Positions 22,105-35,571 of a stretch of 64,000 nt of DNA are shown here, piece by piece (the first letter of the stretch is position 1; every line of letters begins with the position of its first letter). Origin of the DNA: Chlorokybus atmophyticus (taxonomy: Eukaryota > Plantae > Mesostigma and Chlorokybus algae); NCBI GenBank assembly GCA_009103225.1, contig RHPI01002204.1, positions 359,810-423,809 of the forward strand. The letters run 5' to 3'. The notes under the pieces are model-generated. The model was not told the origin of the DNA, did not search any database, and saw nothing but the letters and a program-made list of their open reading frames with translations. The translations under genes and the position numbers were made by a program.

Positions 22105-22226
22105 CATGTGTGTATATATGGATATATATGTATTAACGTATATTCGTATATAAATATATACATGTATACATGTGTATATATGTATATATATATACACGTA
22201 GATATATGTATATACATATATATATA
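22105..22226. repeat. Imperfect (TA)n/(TG)n microsatellite
   Basis: Visible alternating TA/TG tract. Confidence 0.9.
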
Positions 22227-22810
22227 AACTGTCACAAGGCCGAGTTACGAGGTAATCAGCGTAAAGGAAGTAATCAACGTGTGTTGATGTTCAGAAACAT
22301 CATTCCGTCAGCTTTCAATTTTCAACCACAAATGAGGTGTCCGTAAATGACATGTCATGCAGGCATGCATGCATGCATGTCGAAGCACAATGTACGTGTT
22401 CGCCAAACACAAACAGGAAAAGATTACCTAGTAGTGTCGCGAAATCTTCGTATTCTGCGGCGGCCCGAAAGGTAGTGTACCTTTCGGTTGAAATCCGCGC
22501 AACTCTGCAATCTAGTGCAATGGCTATGGGCTGCATAGGTATGGCCTTAGTAAAAATTTTGTAAAGTGCCCCGCTAGTGTTACTTCATCTACGAAGATTT
22601 CGCGGTATCAGTCAAAAAGACAAACCTCCCAGGCCCACTACACAAATCGTTAATGACCAGGCCGTCTTGAAAATTTATTGCGTTTGAAGTCTTGGCGCCA
22701 CACTTGGCGAGGCAGAGCAGGGCAGAAGAAGTGTGAGGCGTTGCGGGCGTGGGCGTGTTGGGCGGCGTGGTGGTGGCGGTAGAGTGGGCAGGGGGCGTGG
22801 GCGAGGAGAG

Positions 22811-24958
22811 ATGGTGGCGGAGGACGCCGTGAAGGCGGCTGTACAGAACCGCGCAGCATACTTTCGCAAAAACTCCGAGTGAGTGTGATATGTGTCGCGC
22901 GTGGAGTCTGGACTTGACTTGGTTTCAACCCGCCTGGTTGTCATGCATGCAGGCTTGTGCGATTGACGCTTTTCTTGCAACGTTGTCATTACGTTCGTCA
23001 TCACCCCCGCACCACAGCGTTGGATCTGATGCTGCTTGGGTTGGATTACGACATTATCGGCTTTTTGTTTCTGCAATCAGTGTGCGTGTAAGTATGGTTG
23101 CTGAATTCTACAACACTGGAGCAATCAGTTAGCACATGTCACGAAGTTGTTTCATGGCATGCTGGGTGTGAACCACCGCGCGCTGAAGTCAGTCATCAGC
23201 AGCCTGTGTTGCTGTGGTCCACACACTTTCATGCGCAAGGTTTTTATACAGCAGGCTATGCATGCCATGGACATGTTTACAAGATTTAAACACACCACGT
23301 AACCAGGACGCTGACACTGAAGTCGGCACGGAGACTGCTAGAGGAGGACCTTGGCCTCGCCGACAAGGAGCTCGACTCCCTCAAAGCCTTTGTCCAAGAC
23401 CTCGTCGACAAGGTCTACAACCTTCAATGAAGCCAAGCTTAACTAACAGCACGCATTGGTGTATCTACTCTGCCTTGCTTGCTTACTCACCGTTACTTAC
23501 ACCGCCTGTTTGCCAGGTCCTGTCTTCAGTTGAGGATGCTTCAAGTCAAAAAGCAGCAGCCTCACCCAACGCAAAGCCTGCTGCTGCTGCCACAAAGAAG
23601 GCTGAGAGCAAGAGCAAAGTAGCCAGCGCAAAACAGGTGGATGGCACAAAGAAGCAGAAGCAGAGGAAGAGTAACAAGGAGGACAAGGAGAACAAGCAGA
23701 GCAATGCGGACGGAGATAAACAACTTGCTATGCAAATCATGCCTGTGAGCAATGCAGTGTTAACCGTGCGTGGTGATGATGCGCGGGATGCGAGCACCAG
23801 CGGGGATGGTGATGCGGGTGGAAGCACAATATCTAGCGAGGGTGAAGGGGATCAGCAGACGAAAAAGAGGCGGAAGCGGGCGGAAGGGCCCACGAAAGAG
23901 CGCACAATGAAGAAAGAGGTGGCGATATGGTTGTTGTCGCTGTCGCTGTTGACGATGTTGTTGTGTACTTTGTGTTGTGCGTTTGATTGTTGCTGAAGCA
24001 ATCTACATGGTTTGGCAGAAACCCGACAAGTCAAAAAAGCCCGCGCAAGCTCCTCCTCGTAGTGCGCGCGTTGAGGAGCTCAAGTCGCTCATCAAACGCT
24101 GCGGACTTACGTGCGTGGTCTCTCTCATGCTAAGGCGTGCTTGATGCAGCGCACGAATCGCATTACCAACATGCATTGTATGCATCGCAGGGTGTCGCCG
24201 GCCGTGTGGAAGCAGGTTAAAGGCGCATTGGAGAGGGACGTCGTGAAGGCCCTTGAAGCCGTGCTAGCAAAAGAAGGCTTGAGCCCGCACCCAACAGAGT
24301 CAGGTATGGTATGTCTGCCTTCTGGTTGCTCAGTGAGTTGAGAGACGTGTATTGTTCAATGATGTTGACTTTGCGCTTGTGTGTGTAGAGATAAGGGCTG
24401 TGAAAGGCAGGAAGGAGCTGAACAGGGAGCTTGACGGCATCGACACGAGCAACATCGTGTCGAGGAGTAGACGCGCGGCAGCACCTCGGAGCTTTGCTGC
24501 CACAGAGCCGCCGCTGCAACTCGCCTCTGATGAAGAGGTGAGCGCTTTGCCTCGATTGTGGGGTCCTCAGTGCCGCCGACGACTGAAGGGGAAAAGGCAT
24601 AATGATGTTGGCGTGCAGGGTGACAGCTTAAGCGAGAGCAGTAGCGATCGCAGCAATGACGACGCTGTCGTGGACGACGATGACGACGAGGGCGCTGCTG
24701 AGTCCGAAGAGCAGCAGGAACAGGACGAGCAAGAATACGAGGAGGACGTCCCTCCTGCCAGGAAGAAAGGTGCGCATGTGATGACAATCCACATACATGT
24801 TGTCAGTGTCCAAGCTGAACATTTGCATTTGCATTTGCATTGGATGTGTGCGTTCAAGTCGCATTGCACAGCTATGTTGTGCGTTGTTGATTGAAAGCAT
24901 TGGACGAACGTTGTTGATGTGTGCAGGGAGGCAGGCTGTCATTGATGACGATGAGTGA
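22811..24958 (+). CDS. HIRIP3-like / CHZ-domain acidic histone-chaperone-like protein (multi-exon)
   Basis: Exons MVAEDAVKAAVQNRAAYFRKNSE; TLTLKSARRLLEEDLGL; VEELKSLIKRCG; KELNRELDGIDTSNIVSRSRR; acidic tail ending IDDDE*. Resembles the plant ELEGIDTSNI CHZ-type family. Confidence 0.75.
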
Positions 24959-25942
24959 TGTGCGCACCAGCAACGCGTCTTGCGAGACGGCGTCGTCGCG
25001 TCAGTAAATTAGCAACACAAATGTACATTGCTTACTGTTAGCATTGCACTTGCACAGGTTCACGCGGCACATAAAGTGTGTGCTTTGGAGACAGCCTTAC
25101 ATGTTGGTCTTGAGTACAAAGCGGGGTCACTGTGGATGCTCTAGATTTTCAGCCCCTCAAGCTCATAACATGCGAGTTGTTATGTGCCAATTCATACATT
25201 TCTGCAGACCGTTGCATGGTACATGTATGGGCTGCTGGGGATTAACGTATGGTATCGGATGTGCTTGCCGGGGATCAGCCTATGCACTCAGCAGGCTTGA
25301 CTTGGCCGGATCGCAGTTGTCATTTCACCACAAACGAGATGCAGTGCACATCGCACATGACGCCGGTGGTTTGCACCAACTGCACAAGGCTTCGCCCGCC
25401 TTAACACACATTACTGGCATAAGCAACGCAGGTTTGTTGTGGTGCAGACTGAGCCGCAATAGGTGGCTGAAGTGCCAGCAGCTTGACGGCATGTTGTGCA
25501 CTGTATGGTTAGCGTGCCTGCATCCATGGCAAGCTCGCAATGTCCAGGTTGTTGGCGTTTGTGTGCCATGGATGATGTATAATATGAAGAATGCAGGGAT
25601 TGTGCGTGTTGGCATGGCCGGTAAGTATGCCGGCATCGGCACATTGCTGTATGCCACTGCGTTGTGAATCACAGACCACACAAACGTGCATGTTGCACAT
25701 ATTGCCCACGTTAGGTCAAAGGTGATAGTACAGTAAGTATACAATCGGACAAAAGCCGCACGAAACTGGCAGTCCTAAGTAACACAATGAGCTAACCACC
25801 ACATGGGCACTAGCCATACCAACAAACCTAATGCAAACAAGCTGGCATATGCAGTCTGAAACAGAAGTATGGGTGAACCACCATCAGATTTTGCGGGTAA
25901 CCCGCCGTGCATGTGTGTGTGTCTCTCAACACGTCTCTCACT

Positions 25943-27735
25943 CTACGCGGTGAGCGTCTGGGCGAGAGCCTTCTGAAAACTCTGCTTGGCCTCGGGCGCA
26001 ACGGGACCATCGCCCATATACAACCCGAACAGCGCGTGACACAGGTCCTGCGAGACAATCGTCCCAACCTGGACACAAGGTCATCTCAATGTCCAACATC
26101 CAACATAACCAACCACCAATGCATGTCACACTATACCATCCACACCTCTCTGCCGTCGACCATGGTGGTGAGTCTGTGTCCTTTCCGCCACGCAAAGTGC
26201 ACGGGCGTGCCACGTTGTAGCTGCACGCCATCAAACTGCCTTCCGAACTTGGCCAGAAGTGCATTACTCGTCGCTCCTCCACGCATGCGTGGCCGCAACG
26301 AGTCCGTGAGCGCATTCTTTATATCACTCGCCTTGATATTCTTGTACCACATGACGAGTCTCACGCTCTTCTCCACATCATCTCTGGCTAGCACGTCCCT
26401 CGCTAACCACGCGCTTCGACTCACAGCGGCGCGGCCAAGCGGGGTGTACTTGTCCCCGAGGGCGGCGAGGGCGGCGGCGTGGTCCACGTAGATGCCGACG
26501 GCGTACACCTGGATGGACTTGATGAGGATCTTCTTCACGCGGACGCCGAGACCCGAGAGACGCTGGCACTCGGCGTCGTCGGAGTCCAAGGCCTCCAGAG
26601 TGCAGTACTCGGAGGGGAAGGGGAGACCCGTGTGCGGCTCGCGCACAGTCGCCGCTGCCCTCTGCGCATCGATGCGTTGGTCGCTATTCACTTTCCTTTC
26701 ACGGAATGCCAGGCACGGGTGCATGCGCGTACAATGGCACACACATGCGCCATGCGTGCACGTGCGCCTTGGATGCGTGTGTGTATGCGCACATCCAAGG
26801 CCCGGGGACGCATTTGCAGACACGATGCTGTCAGACAGAACCCGAACCCAGAGCTCTCCGACATTCAAGTATTGACAATTGACACGACATATACAGACAG
26901 GCCGCTTCCAGGCTTGAAGCGCGCCTGCGCGTGTCCATGCGCGTATATGCAGATCCATGCTACAAGGGTGGATTGCTCCGGCCACAATGGCGTGACGAAC
27001 AAGGGCGGGTTGAACTAGATTTGCATGCCACATCACTCACTCACTCACTCACACACATGCAGGACAGGAGGCGTTGCTGACGGGCGGTCAACAGAAGCCG
27101 ATGCCAGTGATGTTGCGTGTCACATGCACAAGCAATGTGGGTTCCACAGCCACTAACAACATGTTGCCAATGCCAATGCCAATTCCCCCTGTCTCACCTT
27201 GCTTTTGGCCACTGCCGTGGCAGCGGCCGCAATGCACGCCAGCGGCGGCACGAACCTGGCCCTGGCGGAGGAGGCGGCGGCGGCGCCCTCCCCTGCTGCA
27301 TGCAGCCAGGCCAGAGGATTGAACCTCCCCCTCAGCGGGGCGGGCGCTGAGGAGGAGGAGCAGGCTGACGACACCCATGTTGCTGCATTGCTGGGAGGGA
27401 GGAGGCTCAGGCCGACGCCGGCCTGGGCGGTGAAACGCGCGCCGCCCACCACATGCCTGCTCCCCTCCGCCGCCATGCCGCCGCCGCCTCCGCCTCCGCC
27501 CCTGCCGTTGGTGCCACCTCAGCTCTGACGCAGTGTGGTCAGCTCCAAGTCGTCCAGCGGCAATGCCACGTGGCGGGAGATCTCCCTGTGAACTCCGCCA
27601 CATGCAATGCCACACAACTACAGCAACCACTCTCTGACTGTGTGTGGGGCAGGGTTCGTCAGACAGTGGCAGCGGCGGCGGCGGATAGTAGTAAAAGCAG
27701 GCGGCATCTGAACAAGCGCCAGGAGCAAGCATCAT
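25943..27735 (-). CDS. Chalcone-isomerase-fold fatty-acid-binding protein (start uncertain)
   Basis: VREPHTGLPFP, LSGLGVRVKKILIKSIQVYAVGIYVD, VRLVMWY, LCHALFGLYMGDGPVAPEAK. Confidence 0.85.
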
Positions 27736-28212
27736 TGCTGCCTGGGTGATCATGTGAATGAATGGCTCTGCTTTGCATCTTGTGCACGAGAGCATGCATG
27801 CCGGCTGAGGCTTGGATGACTCGCGCTGTTACTATATGTTCCATGAGAACGTTGCGTTATAGTCAGGCGTGGTGCTGCTGGGGACGTTGACGCTTATTGA
27901 CGCGAATCACTTTGCAACCACCAAGCGTTGCTCAATGCCGAGGCAACTACATCTGAAAGTTTGCTTGATAGCAACTCTTGTGTGTTGTGGAGTGGCGTAG
28001 GCAGGGTACACAATCCGCTGTTACAACCGTGCGTGCACACTATTAAAGTCGACATGCAACCTTGCGCAATGCCAATGCCACAACACGCATCCCTTTTTGG
28101 GACTACGACATACCACTGGCTGTAAACCAACAAATCGAACAACTCGGCACAGCGCATGCCAAACTGTGCAGCTGTGCAACCAACCGACAATCACAAATAC
28201 CGCCTCCTAAGC

Positions 28213-29077
28213 TCATCTGCTGGAGCCCAATCCACCAAACCTGTGCTGTTTCGTGTACTCCCATATGGCAATACTCGCGCTCACATGCACATTGAGCGAC
28301 CTGATGATCCCCAGCTGCGGTATCTCCACGCAGCTGTCGAGCACATGTATAAACTCGGGCGGTATCCCTTCCTTCTCGCGGCCGAGCAGAAGGACGCAGC
28401 GGGCCGGGAAGGACGCCGCGTGGAGAGGGACGCTGTTGGAGGTCTGCTCCAGACCGACGAGGGAGTAACCGGCACGCTTCTGGGAGAGGAGAAAAGACAT
28501 GAGATCGGTTTCGGAAACCTCCTCCATCGGGACCCACTTCTCCGCCGTTACGCTGAGAGGACAACGCACGCACGTGTGAGTGAGTGTGCGCGTACGTGTG
28601 CTCAAGAATCGATGCAAACACCATCACACACATTCACACACACCCTGTGCCAAGGCGCACACGTGGCGCGCTCGCGCAGATAATACATCGTACCAACGGG
28701 CCCGCTTGCACACACACGCAGACACAGAGGTGACACTGCAGTGAAGCGGCCCACACGATATGACCCATCCAGTCCCAAGTCATACCTTATGAGCTGGAAT
28801 TGTCGGTCTCGTAGTGCGCGCAAGTCCCCGACGACGAGTTTGGCTGCCTTGAACACCTCGCACGTGCGCGCGAGTCCGGCGAGGTTGGGTATCCTGTCGA
28901 TGAGGCTGGCCACAACAATAATGTCCTGCCGGACGTCGCTCGCGCTCTGAGCAAGATGCCGCGCGTTCGCACGCTCAACAGCCTCATTGAACAACACGTC
29001 CTCCACATCATCGTCGGGCACCAACGCCAAGTCCCCAACCCTAAACTTCTTCTGATAATTATCCACCCCAACATAAT

Positions 29078-29110
<33 letters not shown>

Positions 29111-32100
29111 CCTTCTCCTCCTTGTCCTCCTTCTTGAGTGCACGTTGTATTCGGTCTATGATGGCGAGCGGTGCGCACTCGAATGGTAGTTCGGGCATCT
29201 CTTCGGGTCTTCCCGGGTCGGGTTCGCCTCCTCGCACGCACAACACGCGGCGCGGGCTCGCCATATCATGATGAATCGCATCGAATGCGTCCATGTAGTC
29301 CTCCACGTGTGCGCGCATCTGAGTCGTGGCCTTGCTCAAGGTGAGGTAGTCCAACACGCCTCGCAAACACGCATGAGAGATGGACTCGCCTTTCATCTCA
29401 GGGATGAGTCTGCTCAACACTTTGTATACTACGGCTTGCGCGAAGGTGCGCGTGGCGTGGTGGTGTGTCATCGCCCACGCCACGAGTAGCGGGAAGAGCA
29501 GCCGCAGCGTGTCCACATTATTACCACCTCGTTGGTGTGTGGATAAAGAGGGTGAGTAAGTCTGCAAAAGTACTGTGGCGGCGACCATGGCCCACGAGGC
29601 CACGGCCTGCATCTTATCGTTGTAGCGTCTGAGTTGTGTCGCCACCCGCGTGTCCACGTAAGAGACATGCGTGGAATACACGCAGCTGGCAAAGAGCTCG
29701 ACGTACTGTCTCACGCTGGGTAGGTTCCCGCGCTCGATGATGGTCACGAGGTTCACGTCCACCTCGTCCCGCATCAGAGTCGTGTCGACGAAGCGGGACA
29801 ACACGCAGAGCATCTGCCACGCACGCAGCTTGCGCCTGTGCTGAGCACCAAACTTGATCACGAGCTCCTTGGACAGGTCCTTGTCGCTCATCACCAGGCC
29901 AAACAGGTCGCGAAACCAACTTTGGCCCAACTGGGCAGCTGCACGATCACCCGCCACAGCCTGAGGGACAAGGACTTGTCGTTGTACAGGTTGGGATGCA
30001 ACACACACACACAAGAGTGTTGGGTGTATTATCACCTTGTCGTGCAGCATGACGGCAAAGTGGGCGGCTGTCACGCGCACGCTCATGTCGGAGTTGACGA
30101 AGACGCGCATGAGCTCGGGGTCCCGGTCCAACAATGGCAAGCCGGTGCCCGTGTCAAGATTGTCTGCGGAGGATAGCGTGGTTGCGAGGTGTTGGGCGCC
30201 GCCCTCTTCGCGCTCTTCGTGCACGATGAGGGCGCCGTGGAAGGTCATCGCACGCAGCTGGGCCATGTAACGACCGCCAGCTGTGTCACCAAACAACGCA
30301 ATCAGTCCGTGTACACAAATACACATTCACACGCACGCGCACGCGCATACGCACACATTGTATATCTGCAATGTCACAACCTCAACCATTACCTTCAGGG
30401 TAGTCCAGCAGTCTCTGGCAGAAGTGCAGCGCCGTCATCCTCATGACCCTCGGGCTTCTTGCTCCCATCTCGAACAACCGCTCCACCAACTACCAAGACA
30501 CGCAACCACAACCACACATCAACACCATCCCCACCCCCACCCCCACCCTCACCATTCCCCATCAGCCAGATGCACCCTCGTACCCATCTCACGGGCGCGT
30601 CGTGTCCAACGTGCACCTCCTCCCCCCTCCCGAAGACGGCCGGATGCATGGTGGCGTTGAGGAATGCGGCGACGGTGGAGAGGCGACGCTTGGGGGCGTC
30701 CACCAGGGCGGACCACGCGCCTCTAACCAGTCTTGAGATGGTGTCGATGGGGACGGTGGTGTTGGGCTCGGAGAGCAGGGAGGTCACGGTGGCGAAAACG
30801 GGGACCATGTAGGACTCCTCCGCGGGTTCGACAGCGCTCACGGCGTACTCCAGCATCCGACTCTGCGTATAACACAAGTTGCCAAGTGACAGAAGCATGC
30901 TGGTGTGTGCACATGTGCATGCGCGCACATCTATGCGTGAGCGTGCGTGGCTGCGAGCCTGCATACGTGTGCACTCAACTAGATGTGTCTATCCCGTATC
31001 CCATTATCACCTTGATGTGCGGTGGGAGTGTCTCCCGCGGGAATGCAGTTGCGAGTCCGCATAGGCACCGCCAGGCGTGCTCGTGGAAGCGAGCGCGTTC
31101 GGCTCGTGTCCGCAGGACGCTCGCAGATGCAACCATCCCATCAGACATCAGCGCCTCAGCGAGCGAAGCCAACAATACATTGGCCTTGTCACCACCAATT
31201 CCGGCTGCTCCCAACGCCTTCGCACATCCCTCCAGAGCCACGGCCGCGCACTGGAGGGTGTAGATGCGCAGCTGCCCGGCCGCGATGGCATCATCACGAA
31301 GCACCGTTGATGACGACGAGGAGGAGGAGGAGGAGGAGGAGGAGGATGGCGTGGTGGATAGGGTGGCGTGTAAGCTCTCCTGCAGGCGCCACAGAAAGGG
31401 CTCGCAATGCTTCTTGCATGGGTCCTCGTAGTATGGGTCTTTGCGGCGCGTGTCCATGTTAGTGTTCAGTGTGGCCAGCTCCAGAGTTTGGGCGACCACT
31501 TGTACTGCGAGCACCTAGTACCAGAACGTGATGCACTCACCAACACAACACAACTCGACAACAAGGTGCTCACTATAGTGTGTGCATAGCTTACAGCAGT
31601 GGTGGCAGCAGCTTCTGTGGAAGACTCCAATCTGGATGATGGTGCAAAGCTTGCCGCAGACTTAGCCGCACGTGTGACGTGATTGACTGGAGCTAAACAA
31701 GTCCACAGCACCGGCACGCACTTCTCAGTATACCCAACAACTTCCTCCGCGCACGCACCCAACATGTCTTTCACGCCACAACCACGCACACTCAACCCGC
31801 CGCCTGCTGCCAGTGCACACGCCAACAATAGCGTCTTCTGCGCGGATCCCGCGGGCGCGTACGGCCTCGAGTGCACTCTCGCCAGTCGCTCGCGCACAAA
31901 CCCAACCAACGCGTCGTGCTCGCCTTCCCCGATATGTGTCCACAAAGCCACCATGCGCTCGGCGTCGTCCCACCACGCCTCGATATCCTTCGCGTGACAG
32001 GCACCACCACTCACATAGTACTCCTCCAACGCATGCGCAAGGGCAGCAGCGATGCGAGCAGGCGCGTCCTTATCTCCAGGCGGGATGAGATACGACGAGA

Positions 32101-35100
32101 AGACATGAACGAGCTCGCCTGTTATGGTGTGTATGTGTGCATGTGTGTATGTGACAGGACAGTGTGTCGTGGTCGCTGGTTTACTGATAGTAACACACCT
32201 TTGGCGACGTCACGCGGGAGAGCTTCAAGCAGGCGTGAGAGCGAGCCCACCGTGCAGTAGCGTGCGGGTGCGAGCACGGACAACAGTCGCACGATTGCGC
32301 TCGACACTGCAACACAGCAACAACCAGGTCACCTCACCACTCTGACTACAATACACAAAAACACACTCTCCTCCTCACCGCGTAAGCGATACGCTCGGCC
32401 AAACTGCTCATCCGCCACCCTCAGCAAGCCTCGCCCGAGCTCAACAACATCATCAACAACATCATTATTGCCCACATTACTATCAACCTCCTCCCCGACC
32501 GCGTGCGCGGCCACCTCCGCGCAGTCGCACAGGCACGCGAGTCCCGGACGCGTGGGCACGCGGGCCAGCGCAACAACGAGGAAGGCTTTGATGAAGTCTA
32601 CTCCGGAAGAGGGAGATATGGACCGCGCATACGCGCGAAAGAAGGTGAGAGCTTGCGTGGTTGTGGGCGTGACCAACGTGCCTTCCACACCTGACCAGAG
32701 GAAGTCCACATTACAGCGTGTGTACCACTCAACTGCTTTCATCACACACACAATGAAAGTCATCCGTACCAAATGTGCGGTGGTGAGTGGGATCGTCGAG
32801 GGCCTCCACCAGAGTTGTTGTGACAAAATCCACCGGCACGCGCGAGGCAAAGGAAGACGACCAGTCGCGGGACAGAAAGGACTCCAGCACCAGGCGCCGC
32901 ACTGCTTGGAGAGTTTGTTGCTGTCAAGTTGAGTGGACCGAGTGCAAACTACATGACCACATATCACCATATGTCCACTTGCCTGCGGTGTTGCGGTGTT
33001 GAAAGCCGCGTTGCCACAGTACCGCGAGCCACTCAAAGGAGGGGGAGCCATTTGACGCGTCCCTGTCGTGTCCTTCTCCGTTGCTTGTTGTTGTGGTGTT
33101 GTCAGTCGACGCGCTCGGGTGCATCATCTCCATTTGAGGCCGCCAGACGGCTTCGAAGAGGTGAACGGCAAACTCGTTGATCGTCTCATACAGAAGCACG
33201 AATGCATCCCACCCGCGCTTGCGCGACACGCTTTGTTGTTGTGCGTCGTGCCCGCGCCTCGGCATGAGCATGTTCTCCTCCTGTGTGGCCCACTTCTCAC
33301 GCTTTGTCATTTGCTTCATCGCAGCCCTCTGCTGTATCTTCAATGCTCTCCTCTGCTCGTGATCTGGTTGTTGTGACGCGCGTCGGTCTTCACGCACACC
33401 AGGCGCAACCGCCCACTTGAGCACGTGCAATGCGTGCTTGCGGACAGCCTCCTCATCATCCAACTGAAACACAAGAACTCTGATGAGTCCGTCACAACCA
33501 ACGTCATGTCATCCTCCCAATACACAATACGCAATGTGTCCTTGCGCACACCCACCAGACCGATGCGCACGGCGTTCCAGAACTCCTGTTCGTCTCTGAC
33601 ATCCCACTTGATGCTCGCATCATCAACATCATTAGAATCATCGTCGTTGAACAGCACGCGGTTGAAGCGTGAGAGCGCGAGGAAGCCGTCGAGGCGGATG
33701 CCAACTTCATCGCTCGACAGCAACGCTGTGATGCGGTCCCACAGCTGCCGTCTCGTTTGCAGAGAAACCGACCTGCAGCTGCGCCCTTTCAAAGACGCGC
33801 ATGAGACACATGTGAATGAGAGAGTCCAAGTCACACACACATGCGATGGCGGCGTTGCTCACCTGTCGGATGTGGACTTAGCGTGGATGAATGGGATGAG
33901 TGCGGGTAGCAAGTGTGCGAGGGCGAGTTTGCGAGTGGCACCGCTGGCGGTTGTCGCGAGCATCACGTCCATCACCAGCGGCCACAACAACTCGCTCAGC
34001 TGCGTGTGGAACTCCCCTTCCTTGTCACCGAAAGGAGTTGATGATAAGAGACCGACAGCGAGCTGGCACGCGGTGACGGGGTCCATGATTGTGGTAGGCT
34101 TTGTGGGGTGTGTTGGTTGGTCGGCGTACAGTGGTGATGAGAGGGCGTTGATACATGCTGGCGCGAGGGTGGTGAGCGCAAAGTCCCACGCACTACACGT
34201 GCGCACGGAGGCCACGACCGCCGTACACACCTGATGGACTCGTGTGGCTGTGTGTGCTGTGACTGTAGTTACAACACAACCATTTTATCAATGTAAGGCT
34301 CACCTCGTTCTGCGTAGTGGCCGCGTTGTCGTCGTGTTCGTGGAGCGAAACGCACAGCAACGGGGCGCACAGCGAGCTCCAGAACCGGCGCAAATACGCA
34401 TCATCATCGCAATTGCTGACTTGCTGCAAGAGATGTGCGACGGCCTGGACCAGTACGAGCGCCTGTGCGTGATGCTCGCCGGCGTCGTGTTGGCTGGTGG
34501 TGGTGGCGGTGGCAAGTGTCTCTGCGTGCTGGAGCAGCTCTCTGAGGTGGCCCTCGGGCGTGCCGGGCAGGGCAGACAGCACCGCCGCCGCCACACCCGA
34601 TCGCACCTGCGCGCAAACACGCTGCTGTGGTTGGTGTGCTGCTGGTGTATGCGTTCAAAAGTGTGAGTGTGGGTGTTGTTGGTGAGAGTTACCCAGCTCA
34701 TTGCGCGCGCTTGTGTTGAAGCAGTGCGTTGTTTAAAAGGGAATGCGGTGTCACACCGCACCATCCAGCAAGTTGTAACGTATTGCATGGCGAAGTGGAC
34801 GTCGTGTGGAGGCATGCATGAGTGTGAGTGGGTGGGTGGGTGCGCGCGCGCGTGCGTGTTCCTGTGTCAGTGTGTGCATGTATGCGCGCATGCAAGACGT
34901 GTGTAAGACACACAAACTGACATGGTGTCAGTTCGCAATTAGACTGCAAGTTCTGCAACGGTTGAAACGCATTGCGCTGCTATCCTGTCATCGTGAGGAA
35001 TGCAGTCGACTTGACATTGATATGTATCAACAGTTCTGGACAGTATCACATCCTCCAAACGCATCGATGCATCTGCATGCACGGTTATTGGTTGGCAGAT

Positions 35101-35354
35101 AGAAGCACGCGACTATACTTGCTGCGTTCTGTGAATGTTGCCATGTTCTCTCTTACGATAAACTGTGCGAGCATCACTCTTGACACCATGCCAGCAGCTG
35201 CTCGGCAGCAGCAATGCAACGCACACAACCACATGGACGACTCTTTGGCGCTGCCACCAACATCAACTATGTGTATTCGTCAACGCACCTCGATGCCTGC
35301 GGCCGACGGCAGCGACGCACTCGCCCTCCGCAGCGCCGCCGCCGCCGCCGCCAT
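28213..35354 (-). CDS. TARBP1: tRNA (guanosine-18 2'-O)-methyltransferase, TARBP1/Trm3-like (SpoU family, long N-terminal region)
   Basis: C-terminal [69 protein letters not shown]; many GT-AG introns; probable ATG at 35354. Confidence 0.9.
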
Positions 35355-35571
35355 GGCGGAAGTTGACCGGCCGGAAGAATCTGCGCACTAAACACACACT
35401 TCCCCCCTTTCACGCAAAGGGCAGGTACGAGACATCTTCCTTCCCTTCCGTTTGGGTGTGTGTGTGTTGCGGCGATGCCGGGCGCGCGGGAAGGCGCAGG
35501 AGCATGAGCATGAGGAGGGGAAGCAGGAGGTGAGGGAGGAGGTGGAGAGAGGGGAGGGTGAGGGTAGAGGG

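Noticed and set aside
21676-22235. ORFs rich in Y/I/H
   Set aside because: Translations of the TA/TG microsatellite.
24958-25940. ORFs 25044-25667 and 25325-25744
   Set aside because: They lie in convergent 3' UTR/intergenic sequence with no recognisable motifs.
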